A stretch of DNA of 64,000 nucleotides. Origin: Eledone cirrhosa (taxonomy: Eukaryota). Below the pieces are notes generated by a model. It did no database searches and was not told the origin of the DNA. It saw nothing but the letters and a program-made list of their open reading frames with translations. Below, in pieces: positions 25,679 through 39,525 of the stretch (the stretch's first letter is position 1; each line of letters opens with the position of its first letter). The stretch lies in NCBI GenBank assembly GCA_964016885.1, contig OZ024742.1, positions 320,602,001 to 320,666,000 on the forward strand. The letters run 5' to 3'. Both the position numbers and the translations under genes were made by a program.

Positions 25679-27544
25679 TAAACAAATTAACAAAGGACAA
25701 AACAACGAACGGAAACAAAACAAAACGAAAAATAATTTTTTAAGGGGAAACCTTAAAAAAATATAAAAAAAAAATACAAATACAAACGAAGGACATAAAG
25801 CTCAATGATCATCGGTCGTTGAGGTGGACATAGGAAGTTTCAACCCCTACCCACGGTACTGCTGGTCCATCCGTGGTCACAGCGTCTGATATAAGCCAAA
25901 CGCTGTCCAGTGGAGTAAGAGATGAGAGACAAAACATTAATTTATAGCTGTTAAGCTACAAAGCACAGAATTTTGTGTGACGGCAGGGAAAGGATTTGGT
26001 GCCTCATAGCACGAGACAGGGGCCTCGTTTGCCTTAAAAATGTGAAGGGTACAAACCAACATTTGTTGATTCTTAAAGGAACATGTTAGCATTGCTTATG
26101 GTGCCTTTCCCGGACCCTATCACGTAAGTAAAATGTTACGCTAATTAAATTTTATATATTGAAATGAAGTTTGGATATAAAAAAAATAAGCTTAAAAAGA
26201 ATTTATTATATCAAATAAAAAAAAATAAAACATAGACTTTTGAAAAAGTGTGTGTGTGTGTGTGTGGGGGGGGGGGGACTTGTCCCCTGAAACAAGGCCT
26301 TTGACACGAGACATGAATGAAACAAAGAAAAAAGAAATAAGAAGAAAGCAAGCTATCGTGTTAGAAATGTAAAACATTGCAATAAATGGGGGAGAGGAGA
26401 CAAACACGTTCGTCACATTGGTAGATAAACTTAAGAAAATTAACAAAGAAAGGAGAAGACAACGAACAAAAACAAAACAAAACGTAAAACAATTTTTAAG
26501 GGTAAAACTTAAAAGAATATTTAAAAAAAAATAATAAAAATACAAACGAAGGAGACAGAATTCCAGCGAGGGAGATATAAAATGCCGACCGCGGCACCAA
26601 GTTTTTCTTGGTATCCTTTTCATATATCATATCATATCATATATATATATATTATATATATATTAGGATGGCCCTTAGCAATAGGTAATTTTCTGAAAGT
26701 TAAAATGTTGCTGCTCCCACACCCTAATCCTGTTCCAATTAACAAAAGCACGGGGTGTGCAGAATTTCAGCTCAATCGGACAATTGTTAGGCGACCCTCA
26801 AACGCCTTGAAGTTGGAACATAGTATACGCAACGATTAATTCTGTTCAAAAGCGGTATACTGTTCTCTATCTCCACCATTTTCTTTTTTTTTTTTCTTAG
26901 AGAAATTTATGTGGACACATCCAGGCAACCCTAGCAAATGTTTTAAAACATTCTGAATCAAGTTTATCAATGGTTAATTTGAAAAATTCCTGAAATAACA
27001 TGAAAAACTGAAGAAATATTAGTTCTTAATACAGTACACAACTTCTATAAGATTCACGCATTTTTTATTTACAACAATAATTTCTATAGAATCAAAAACA
27101 TAATGTGAACACTGAACACTGAATATTGAAATTATTTTTGCATAAGTGAGGATCTACTGGCAGTTGGGTATGTTTTACGGTTTTCGATAATGATCTGTAA
27201 AACAAATTGTTTCTCAGTTTTGTGAGAATGTTATTGTAATCCTTAATGAGTTTGACACCTCATTCTGCAACATCATTCATAACAACTGTTTTCTCAAGTT
27301 TTTCCACTTTTGTAACAAGGATCATTCTTCCATGTTGAAGGGTCTTTGTCGAGGAAATCAGTGCTGATAGAAAATCTTGTGAAGAAAGTTTTTGTACCAG
27401 GAATTAAAAAAGACGAAAACTCAATGTTTGTAAAGGAAGAAAAGTCATTTTGGTACAGAATGTACCTCTTCAGTTGATTTTTTTTCTTCTTCCTCTTCTT
27501 CACATTTGTCTGCTTCCAGCATAATTTGAGCAATATTTGCCTTA

Positions 27545-27875
27545 ACCTCCCCTTGCTCTCCTTTCCTCATTGCTCTCCTTTTCTCCTTCTTCTCCTCGCT
27601 CTCCTTTTCTCATTGCTCTCGTTTCTCTCCCTTTCTCGTTGCTCTCGTTGCTCTCCTTTTCTCTTTGCTCTTCTTTTCTCATTGCTCTCCCTACTCTCAT
27701 TTTCTCATTGCTCTCCTTGCTCTCCTTTTACGCTTGCTCTCCTTGCTCTCCTGTTCTCATTGCTCTCCTTGCTCCTCTTACTCTCCTTTTCCCCTTGTTC
27801 TTCTTACTCTCCTTTTCTCATTGCTCTCCCTGCTTTCCTTTTCTCCTTACTCTCCTTTCCTCCTTGCACTCCCCT
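27545..27875. repeat. Pyrimidine-rich minisatellite (ttgctctcct-type units)
   Basis: Directly visible. Confidence 0.9.
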
Positions 27876-28038
27876 TCTGATTGTATCTATGTACTTGTTT
27901 GTACACAAATACAATGAGAAAAGGGGAGCAAGGAGAAATATGAAAGTCATTTTTTCAGATAAAAATCTCTTTTATAATTTTCTATTGAATTAAAAACTTC
28001 TTCAGACTTATTCTTGGTATTAGAAAGACAAGTGACAA

Positions 28039-28715
28039 TCTAAGCTATAATAAAGTAAGGAGTGCGGGACTGCGTCCAGAATATATTTTTTTAATTCCGT
28101 CTGTAGAATAAGTTGGATTACTTTGAATATATAATTGTTTCTACTTTTGGCACAAGGCCAGCAATTATCCCAGTGTATTACTGGTACTTTATTTTATCGA
28201 CCCCGTAAGGATGAAAGGCAAAGTTAACCTCGGCGGGATTTGAACTCAGATTGGAAAGGGCTGTAACTCTATGCGTCAAAGCATGGTGTCCAACCCTCTA
28301 CCGATACTGCCAATCCAATAATGAATGAATATTACATAATTTATCTACTAAATTTCGTTATTCTTGATTAAATATAAATAATTTTGTGGCTTATTTTAAG
28401 ATTCACTTCTTTAAAATTTTCAAATGACAACACTTCCGGTTATTGATCACTTAAATAAACATTCATATATTTCCGTCACTAATTTTCTCCTCATGCAGTT
28501 TATATATAATATCGTCTTTTTTTAAATGTATCATGGATTACGTTACTGATTACATAAGACAATGTAACGCAGTCTTCGTTCAATTTCTGTGTACATTGTC
28601 AATTACGATTTTATTTGATGTATCATATCTACAAGCATATATACTTGCGTATAATATCAATATACACACTACACATGCTAGCAGAAAACCACCCGAAAGG
28701 TTGTTTTTCTGCTAG
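28039..28715 (+). mobile_element. Complete Hel-A Helitron with a SINE inserted at about 28131-28317
   Basis: A|TCTAAGCTATAATAAAG ... hairpin ... CTAG|T. Confidence 0.85.
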
Positions 28716-28871
28716 TAAATTTAATGGGGAAGGCAACTTGCAAAGCTAGGGACAGGGTGCAGGTATAGGGCAAACACTTATTTTTCGCTGTGAGAGCACC
28801 AAAATTTGAACTTTCGGAAAATTACCTATTGCTAATATACATTTGCTAATATACATATATCCGTCGTATAT

Positions 28872-28908
<37 letters not shown>

Positions 28909-29090
28909 CCAATATATTAATAAATGGAAACTACATTTATAAAACCATAATTATTTTATTATATATATTTCAAGGGCGACCAAGCAAATCTTGGTGCGCT
29001 TTCATTAGATAAAATTTGTTTTATAGCGAATTTTCATCCGTCAAAGTTGTTTTCCATGGTTATGTCACTATTTATAAAACAAATTTTGTA

Positions 29091-29151
29091 TTTTATCTGA
29101 TGAAAGCGCACCAAGATTGACTTGGTCGCCCTTGAAATATATATAATAAAA
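29091..29151 (+). ncRNA. Type I hammerhead ribozyme (H3); mirror copy 28954-29014(-) has a mutated core CTAATGA
   Basis: ttttat-CTGATGA-aagcgcaccaag attga cttggtcgccctt-GAAA-tatata-TA-ataaaa, inside inverted repeat 28909-29195. Confidence 0.85.
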
Positions 29152-29282
29152 CAATTATGGTTTTATAAATATAGTTTCCATTTATTAATATATTGGAATA
29201 TTTATTCCAGTAAACTGTTGAGTGCTCTATATCAGTTATAAACATTTATGTTTGTTGGAATCCCAACAAATTAAATATAACT

Positions 29283-29357
<75 letters not shown>

Positions 29358-29363
29358 ACACAT

Positions 29364-29467
<104 letters not shown>

Positions 29468-29545
29468 ATATGTATATATGTATATATTACTTAATACCGA
29501 GTACTCATTTCTCTCAATTGTCAACCACATATGTATGTGTATATG

Positions 29546-29614
<69 letters not shown>

Positions 29615-29618
<4 letters not shown>

Positions 29619-30068
29619 CACAGGAATCAAAGTTATGTTCAAACCATTTATTAGCTTACAATTGTTTCATCCAAACCGAGGCTTGGTATCTTCGGAGCAT
29701 TTTTCAATGTTTGTATACATACATGACCTCCTTTCCAACGCAAGAGACATACAGATACATATGTATATATTGATGCACAGTGGGGTGACATATATTATAT
29801 TATTTCTGAATGGCAATTTAAATTCAAAAATTAAAATCAGATTAAAACATAATTTTTGAATTTAAATTGCCATTCAGAAATAATAAAATATATGTCACCC
29901 CACTGTGCATCAATATATACATATGTATCTGTATGTCTCTTGCGTTGGAAAGGAGGTCATGTATGTATACAAACATTGAAAAATGCTCCGAAGATACCAA
30001 GCCTCGGTTTGGATGAAACAATTGTAAGCTAATAAATGGTTTGAATATAACTTTGATTCCTGTGAATT
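29615..30068. repeat. Long inverted repeat (arms about 219 bp, spacer about 16 nt)
   Basis: Arms 29615-29833 and 29850-30068 are nearly identical. Confidence 0.95.
29985..30029 (+). ncRNA. Hammerhead-like motif with CCGAAGA core (family H9); mirror at 29654-29698(-)
   Basis: gct-CCGAAGA-ta ccaagc ctcg gtttgg at-GAA-ACAATTGT-A-agc, then AATAAA. Confidence 0.6.
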
Positions 30069-30417
30069 CTATATAACTGCTCTGTAGAACAACTGATGCT
30101 ATTACATTGAGCTATTTATCTTACTGGTAATAAGGTAGTAATAAATTACTGTCTTTCACTGTTTAGGGTTTAAAATATATATAACTATAAAAAGTTTTAG
30201 TATATACATAACCATAAATAGTATCCTTAATACTATACATATATATATATATATATATAGAGGGCGTCCCTCAAAAATGTATACACGTTCATTACCTGTA
30301 CAGGCAATATTTATTAGAATGCACAACCTTTGTACAATTTTTGGGGACACCTAGGAGCAGTTTAGGTATGATACATTTTATTACTAATTATATCTAAATG
30401 TTTCTTCTCTCTTCATA

Positions 30418-30454
<37 letters not shown>

Positions 30455-30872
30455 CTCCAGTATGGCCGGTCCACGCACCCCTATGCATGTGTATCTTTTC
30501 AGTAGGGAGTCCATACTCTCCACGTATTCCATCTTGTAAGACATATTATATGTTCTGTATATCCCATGCTTCTCCTGTGTACTATCTCATACGCATACAC
30601 GTTCCTCATTCTTCTTTTTTATATATCTCTATGTGACGTTATATCTATACTTTTAATATATTGCACGTTTATTTTATATATGTGTATATACGTATGTGTA
30701 TATATAGATGTATATATATATATATATGTAGATATATGTGTGTGTATATATGTATGTGTATGGTTATATTGTTTATATATGTGCATGCTTATAACAAGAT
30801 GCATCATTTCATGTATGACCCTTTGTATGACCCATTGTTTATCTTTATATGACTTTGTGTATATATCCTATT

Positions 30873-30941
<69 letters not shown>

Positions 30942-31085
30942 TTGTAGGCGTGCGTGGGCCTGTATGTGAATATGCGCATATTTGTAAGAGTGTATATGAA
31001 CCAGTGTGTGTGTGTGTGTGTGTACAAGCACCCAATGTAGCGAAAGGGCTTGTTTGTGTGTGTATATATATGTATATGTATATGA

Positions 31086-31161
<76 letters not shown>

Positions 31162-31339
31162 ATGTATGTGTCTATATATATATATATGTGTCTATTTGTG
31201 AGCGAGTCTGTATCTGTGCCTGTATATGAGCATGGAGGCAGGCGTCTGTGTATGCGTATGTCTATAGTTTTTTTTATATGTTCTCCTTAAGTGTGTGCGT
31301 ATAGCGGGAGTCTATTGCGTACGGAGTTGTTATCTATGT

Positions 31340-31400
<61 letters not shown>

Positions 31401-31590
31401 TGCGAAACAATTGTAACACAATAAATTGAGTTCAGATGCATCACTGATTTTTCGTTTTATATTATATATATATATATATAGTAATAATAATAAATCTGAA
31501 GACTAAAATCCAAAGAGGGCTCGATAAAGATAAATATATATCAGATATATAAGAACCGTAGAGCAAATATTTATTAAAATAACAGATTAA

Positions 31591-31641
31591 AGTTTAAGCA
31601 AAGAATCGCTGCTTTCACTCTTAACGGGATCTTCTGAAACT
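31591..31641 (-). ncRNA. Hammerhead variant with CAGAAGA core (H4) in the 3' pLTR
   Basis: agttt-CAGAAGA-tcccgttaagagt-GAAA-gca gcgattctt tgc-TT-aaact. Confidence 0.65.
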
Positions 31642-32189
31642 AAAAAAGTGTATCTGTGAACGCAGAAGTAAATATTTCAAAAAACGTTGCAACCGAAGGA
31701 CGACAGGAGGGCGATACTTTGGTTCGTGGAAACGTTTATGGAAACGTTTATGGTATAAATGAAGTCGTAGACTAATATTCTATTAGGTGGTTCATGGAGA
31801 CGTTCTCTGGCAATGAACGGAAAAAACGAAGATAATACGTCATTATGTGGAGCAAAGAGAACAATACACGCAAAGACAAAACCACGTAAATTGTATAACT
31901 GAAGTCGTAGACTAAAATTCTATTTAGGAAACCGAATGATTCTCGGCTTCAGAGTTAAGAATAAAGTAAATAAAACACAGAGGTAATTGAAATTAAATAT
32001 ATACATACACACATCCATATACGCACATACACAAGCAGACGAGAAACCACTCCCCATGGGTATGCAAATACAAGCACGTACACAACAAAAAAAACACAAA
32101 AGAAAACACACACATACAGAACCCACGCAACGCCTGTACCGGACACATACGAACGTATACACCAAATACACATAAAAAAATAAATAAAA

Positions 32190-32238
<49 letters not shown>

Positions 32239-32244
32239 GCGCGC

Positions 32245-32306
<62 letters not shown>

Positions 32307-32656
32307 ATACATAATTAAATAAACGTATATAAATATACACACATAAATACGTATACAACGCGCGCACACACACACCCACACGTAAAGACACATATGTTCG
32401 CGGACGTACGTCAACCAAAACACAAAGTACACATATACACACACCCTACATACGTACGAACCCGCATACTTACACAGACGCAAAACTGACGTATACACAT
32501 AACCAAAAGCATATGTACCAGAATATATAATATATACGCCATAACATATACAATCAAATATACGTACGAGAAAGTATACGTACCTTCACAAAACATACAG
32601 GTAATATATACTTACCTATACAAATAAGTAATGGTATAAACATAACATATACTTAG

Positions 32657-34853
32657 CTACCACATCAAGGCGTAAAATATCCGCGTATAGTTCGTAATAT
32701 CCGTTAGGGTATAATGTGGGGCTGTAATACAGGAAAGTTTTGTGCAATTTATGTTTACAAGCCGAAATTGCCTCAGATTTTTTTTTAAGATGTGGTCTTT
32801 GGCGTAGAGTATTTCCAGGGCCTCAGCGGCGCAGAGGTCACATGGTCTTTTATTTCCGTTATACGATCTAGCCCTAGCTAGGATCTCCCAGTGTAACTTA
32901 TATTGGGTGTGGTTGTCTTTTAGATTCCAGATATAAGCTGAAAGTGACGTCATATTCCTTCTTAAAGGGTTAAGAAAAGAATGGGTATGCATGTAAAGAC
33001 GCTGCTTGAATCTATTGGTGGTTAACCCTATGTAGGCCCTGCGGGACGTGGGTGTTTCAACCTTACATTTGTAGACAATGTTACTAGAGAGGCATTTCCC
33101 GGATAGGGGGCAGTCAACCCGATTCCTACAATTACAGTTAGTACTAGCTACAGGGTTGCACGTGTTCCTACGGCTAGGTAATTTAGCTAAATTTGAAGCT
33201 GTGATGTTATGTGCAAGGTTAGGAGTCGTACAGTAAGAAATTTTAATGGTATTTCTATTAAAAATGTTACTATATTTATGTGCTGGGGGGAAATGCTTCA
33301 TAATAAGGGAGAGAAAGATCTTAGCTAAAAGTGTGGCCACCTCCATATTATATGGTGGGTTATACCATATAATGCGTCGGGATCTAGTTTTCCTAGGTCT
33401 ATTCTCGTACTCTGTATAAGCTACCTTATCGACAAATCCACTCCGAGCAAGAGCTTCATTGTACTATGTGGAATTGTCGTTGAAAATATGCTCGTTTGTA
33501 GATAGACGGGAAAGCCTCAACGAAACGTTTCTTACCAGGTTCTTGGCTATGCTGGCAGGATGGTTAGAATTCTTACTTATGTAATTAAGCGTATCATTCG
33601 GCTTTCTATACGGGTAATGCAAGCCATTCGACAAATCAAGGGTAACGTTGAGGTAATTAACGACCGAGAGGTTGGCCTCAACCTGTATGGAGAGGTTGAA
33701 GCCTTTAAAGAAGGTTGTGAGTTCTTTTCTGAACCTGTTGCAAGCACGTGGGCCGCACTTTGTCACGGTCAAAAGACCGTCATCACGGTACAAACCACCG
33801 CCCACGTTGGGGAATTCTTCCTTGATAGAGAAAAGAAGGAAAAGGCCGATAAGATCAGTAACCTCCGCAGAATCGCTGGCGCCCATACTCACGTCGAATG
33901 GGGGTACTATTAGATTTTTTAATCCAAATAGAGTCGTCGAAATTAATCACCGACTTACGGGCATTGAGGATGACATCAACTTCGAAATCCTTAACCAATG
34001 TGAGTGTTTTAGAGAAATTGATAGCTCTAAGGAGAAGTGGTAAAGTGATGGAGGAGTAGTAATTATTGATGTCGAATTGGATAAAACGGCAATGTTCCTT
34101 GTTACATATGCCGTTGAACCAATCAATCATCGCGAAAGAATTGTTCCACAGTGCAAGAGGGGCCAAACTTCTAATTTCAGGTATAATCCTATCTAAAATC
34201 CTTGTACTAAGTCTACCTAAGTCGGACTTCGTAGGGTTAATAAGCCGAATAGAGGGGTTGTTCGGGAAATTGGATTAGTGATCCTTCAGGGTAAAGTGGG
34301 GAGAAATAGGGTCCAGAGGTTCAGTCCGGTCCAGGATGTTGAGATCAGAGGTGATATTAAACCCAGCATCGTTGATTTCATTAATGACGCTCCGATTAGT
34401 TTTACGGTAATCCTTAGTTACAGCATTATGTAGCAGATGATGGTAAATACTGCGCTCCACTTGATATAGATTGCCAGTTTTGTCGGAATGGACGTGAACG
34501 GCATTAGAATCCTTAATAGAACGAATTCTATTCTTCAGGTCCTGCTGGAAGGAATTGCTCCTATTCCGAAATTTGATACTCCATATGAGTTCCAAGACAT
34601 CATTTTAGAATGGTAGCAATGCTGGGTTACTCGGAGGGTTATTATAGATTTTAAACCCAAATTTATCCTGTTTGTTGTTTGCTTTTCTCTGATTATCGAA
34701 ATAAAAGGCACGCCAACGCAACCTTTTAATGAACGCGTCTGTTTTCTGTATCAGGAATTTTAGGTATGTTTTCTTGCTTGGTACGGGTATGTTCTTTGTA
34801 GAAATATTCAGATGTTGTTTCTGCATGATGTAATATAAGTCTGCATGATGCAT
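32657..34853 (-). pseudogene. Naiad-1 RT + GIY-YIG polyprotein, disrupted
   Basis: STKNIPVP, RLRWRAFYF, DKTGNLY, LKDH*SNF, RLINPTKSDLG, FDINNYYSSI, DVSMGASDSAE, GLYRDDGL, SNHP, IIWYNPPY, CNCR..CP..G.C, IVY..YIG, CDLC. Three stops and two homopolymer frameshifts. Confidence 0.95.
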
Positions 34854-35256
34854 GATGCAATATAAGTCAATAGAGTGCTCAACCGAGGGAGCCAAATAGT
34901 AATAATAATAAATTTGAAGACTAAAATCCAAAGAGGGCTCGATAAGGATAAATATATATCAGATATATAAGAACTGTAGTGCAAATATTTATTAAAATAA
35001 CAGATTAAAGTTTAAGCAAAGAATCGCTGTGTGTAATTGTTTTCACTGCACCAAATAATGACGTATTATCTTCGTTTTTTTCCCGTTCTTTGCCAGGGAA
35101 CGTTTCCACGAAACCAAAGTATCGTCTTCCTGTCTTCCTTCGGTTGCAACGTTTTTTGAAATATTTACTTCCCCGTTCACAGATTGACTTTTTTAGTTTC
35201 AGAAGATCCTGTTAAGGGTAAAAACACCGATTCTTTGCTTAAACTTTAATCTGTTA

Positions 35257-35299
<43 letters not shown>

Positions 35300-35680
35300 C
35301 GAAGGAAGTGTGGTAAGGAACCGGGTGGACCATAACGCACCAGAGTACTCTATACTATGGGTAGTAGAGTGGGTAATAGGAAAAGAGTCAGGACCCCGAC
35401 GGCTGAGCTCCGGCCGTTTCGACAGCTAGTTCTGAACCAGAACTAGCTGTATACCAGTGTTAGAAATATGGTCATGAAAAAGTAAGTTAAGTAGGACATG
35501 TCGATGATGATCAAGCAAAAAGAAAGATTCGGGTGATGAACATTAAGAGAAGTCGGTCAACATAAAAAAAGATGCATAGGATAGATTATAGAACAGGGAC
35601 AACTGGGATAAATAGAGGAGGATAACTTGAGACAAGGTAACAATTATCTCAATAACTAGGAATACACACACACACATATG

Positions 35681-35743
<63 letters not shown>

Positions 35744-35744
35744 A

Positions 35745-35813
<69 letters not shown>

Positions 35814-35896
35814 GTATGTGTGTGTGTGTATATATATATATATGTGTATGTGTGTGTATATAATATATATATAAATATATAATGTATGTATGTGTA

Positions 35897-35945
<49 letters not shown>

Positions 35946-35987
35946 AGAGAGAGAGAGAGAGAGAGATACATACATACATTATATATG

Positions 35988-36018
<31 letters not shown>

Positions 36019-36064
36019 ATACATTATAAATATATATATATATATATATATATTTATAATGTAT

Positions 36065-36142
<78 letters not shown>

Positions 36143-36158
36143 ATATAATGTATGTATG

Positions 36159-36205
<47 letters not shown>

Positions 36206-36239
36206 GTATATATATATACATATATATATATATATACAC

Positions 36240-36408
<169 letters not shown>

Positions 36409-36914
36409 TATGTATATGTGTGTGTTTATGTATAATCTACGTGATCGTCAAAGACACTATCAACCAGTACAGCCATCAAAAGCCTGCGTGTGGCAGGTAA
36501 CCGACTTTTCTGCAATATTTACAGCTTGGTAGGGCAATGTTACACTGTCAAGCCAACCGTGACTATCACTATCACTGGCCACATATGATATCCAGGTAAA
36601 TATATACGTGTGATCTATGTGTATGTATGTATGTATGTATGTATGTATGTATGTATGTATGTATGTATGTATGTATGTATGTATGTATGTATACCATAAG
36701 TAAGCAGAAACAATAAACCAGACAACATAGTACAATGAAGAAATATATTAATTTAACGCTTGATATAGTAGGAAAAGAATCTTTACGTTTCGGACACTGA
36801 TCTTTAATCAGAAGATAGAATGAGAAGAAAAAAAAAAACTCAAATAGAAAGATAGAGAGTAAGAAGAGGAAGGAATGGGGAAAATTTTTGGAGTAAAAGC
36901 ATGTGTATGTTTAG

Positions 36915-36953
<39 letters not shown>

Positions 36954-37114
36954 AAGGTATGACCCCGACGGCAGAGCTCAAGCCGTTTCGACGGCTATTT
37001 CTGAACTAAATTTAGTCCAGAAATACCGGTCGGGTTCATACCTTTTCTATTACCCACTCTACTACCCTAAGTATTGAGTACTCTGGTGCGTTATGGTCCA
37101 TCACAATTCCTTCG

Positions 37115-37172
<58 letters not shown>

Positions 37173-37222
37173 TAATAAAATAATGAATAAACAAAGAAAC
37201 AGTTCCCTATATTAAAAAAAAA

Positions 37223-37364
37223 TCATCATTTTACGATCCTTTCTAGGATATATATGTGTTAGAGTTGGTATGCATATTCTATAGATCTATGTACAATATT
37301 TATACAAACTATCAGAGGGAATATACATACCTACACATATATATGCTGTCTTCAGAAATAATGA
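37223..37364 (-). ncRNA. Long-stem-II hammerhead (H10) in the 3' pLTR of Naiad-3
   Basis: Mirror of 39128-39269 with one substitution in stem III. Confidence 0.65.
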
Positions 37365-38046
37365 TATTTGTTTATTGAAAAAAAACAAAGATTCAATACA
37401 ATAGGTCTGTTTGGGAACAGGTTTTGAATTGACCAATAGAGAGATAGTGAGGGTCAGGATCGTAATATAGTAGTAGAAGAACCTTAAATTATGGGTAGAG
37501 GAAGGTAGATTTCAGTTTTGGATGGAAAAGAATATTATGAATGAAGGATTATTTTAGGGAAGAAATAGGTCTTATGCTGACCTCAGAAATAATTTTATTT
37601 GTTCATTGAATAAAACCAACAAAGATCTAATATATTCTGTCTGTTTGGTAAGAGGTTTAGAATTAACCAATAGAAAGTTAATAATTGGCCAAATGGTAAA
37701 ATAGTAGTAATTGAAGCTTATTTTAGGGGTGAAAATAGGTCAGGTGGTCAATAAAAGGTATACAAGCAGTTGCTGTTATAAAATAGTAATGCCAGTACAA
37801 ATATCTAAGGTGACTAAAGTTTTAAGATAAGAATGTTAGTGAAAAAAATACATCTATGAAAAGAATATAAATTAATTTAATTGATGGGTATATTTATATT
37901 GATAAAATTATACTAATACATATAGATATGATAAATAAGAGTTAGATGCAGTTGAAAAGTGCTGTTAAAGATGAGGGGAAATTAAAAGAATATAAAAATA
38001 ATATATATATATATATATACTTATACATATATATACATACATATAT

Positions 38047-38127
<81 letters not shown>

Positions 38128-38183
38128 TATACACTTATATATATATATATATACACACACATACACATACACACACACTCATA

Positions 38184-38214
<31 letters not shown>

Positions 38215-38559
38215 ACACATACACATATATATACATATATATATATACATAGATATATACATGCATACATACATACATACACATATATATAGACACACAT
38301 ATACATTTATATATACATATAATTATTGGGGGGGGGGATAAAATTTATTAGTGAGAAATAGTAAATATATATAGTTTTCAAGGAACATAGAGTCATAACC
38401 TGAAGTTAAAGCATTATATATGTTTACTTAATGGTATCAGTTTTAGGAAATGATATTTGTAAGAAGGAAAGCAAAATTATGTAGTTCATCAGTAGTAGAA
38501 TATTAATTATAGGTTAACTAAATTAAAAATAAATTATAAATTAATTTCTAAAGTGTATA

Positions 38560-38932
38560 TTAATTAGGTTTATAATATTTAAAGGTTTTTCTCAGTTTAT
38601 GATTACACGATATTATTAATTCCTGTCGCTTATTTAATAGGATATCCTTAGATTTCATTATTTCAAAAAGTTCTTGGGAACATAATCTACATTCATTTCT
38701 ACTATTTTGATAAGGGGTGGCCCTTTTGAGCACACTCCAGGTCAGGTCATATTCTATATTCCTCTTTCTATAACTATTTATTATTTCAGCTAGGGATGTT
38801 GTATTAGCTAGTGCGGCATTTTTAAAACTATGTTTGTGGGTATTAAATCTTACCTTAAATTTGTTAGAGGTAGCTCCTATATATGAATAAATTGAGTCCT
38901 TAGTGTTAACTTTACATTTATATACTATTTCT
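38560..38932 (-). pseudogene. 5'-truncated Naiad-type element 3, GIY-YIG domain
   Basis: IVYKCKV...YIGATSNKFKVRFNTHKHSF...CRLCSQE...LLNKRQELIISCNHK; bracketed by inverted repeat 37169-37566 / 38926-39323. Confidence 0.9.
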
Positions 38933-39127
38933 TCCCTAAAATAATCCTTCATTCATAATATTCTTTTCCATCCAAAACTGAAATCTACCTTCCTCTACCC
39001 ATAATTTAAGGTTCTTCTACTACTATATTACTATCCTGACCCTCACTATCTCTCTATTGGTCAATTCAAAACCTGTTCCCAAACAGACCTATTTTATTGA
39101 ATCTTTGTTTTTTTCAATAAACAAATA

Positions 39128-39269
39128 TCATTATTTCTGAAGACAGCATATATATGTGTAGGTATGTATATTCCCTCTGATAGTTTGTATAAATATTGTA
39201 CATAGATCTATAGAATATGCATACCAACTCTAACACATATATATCCTAGAAACGATCGTAAAATGATGA
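39128..39269 (+). ncRNA. Type I hammerhead ribozyme with stem II of about 105 nt (H10)
   Basis: tcattattt-CTGAAGA-[atatatatgtgt/acacatatatat; ggtatgtatattc/gaatatgcatacc]-GAA-ACGATCGT-A-aaatgatga; 9-bp stem I. Confidence 0.75.
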
Positions 39270-39447
39270 ATTTTTTTTAATATAAGGAACTGTTTCTTTG
39301 TTTATTCATTATTTTATTAATTTATCTTGACTCTGTTTTCCGTTTATTTTTCGCCGAAAGTAGTTTTTGAATGCATCTTCTCTTTTCATGATATCCGGAT
39401 TACATTGAGTTCTTCATACGGATTGGACACTACCGTAAACTTTTGGT

Positions 39448-39525
<78 letters not shown>

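Larger units (their letters stand above)
26664..28835 (-). mobile_element. hATm-like DNA transposon remnant with nested Helitron and SINE
   Basis: Inverted ends ttagcaataggtaattttctgaaagtt / aactttcggaaaattacctattgctaa. Region 27150-27480(-) encodes FLDKDPSTW...VMNDVAE*GVKLIKDYNNILTK, resembling a hATm transposase C-terminus. Confidence 0.7.
31481..35263 (-). mobile_element. Near-complete Naiad-type Penelope-like element 1
   Basis: Inverted pLTR (35054-35263), partial direct pLTR (34898-35029), ORF, then 3' pLTR (about 31481-31860); flanked by (TA)n. Confidence 0.9.

Noticed and set aside
38932-38952. MKDYFRE as the N-terminus of a standalone GIY-YIG gene
   Set aside because: The start derives from the inverted pLTR junction; the element is 5'-truncated.
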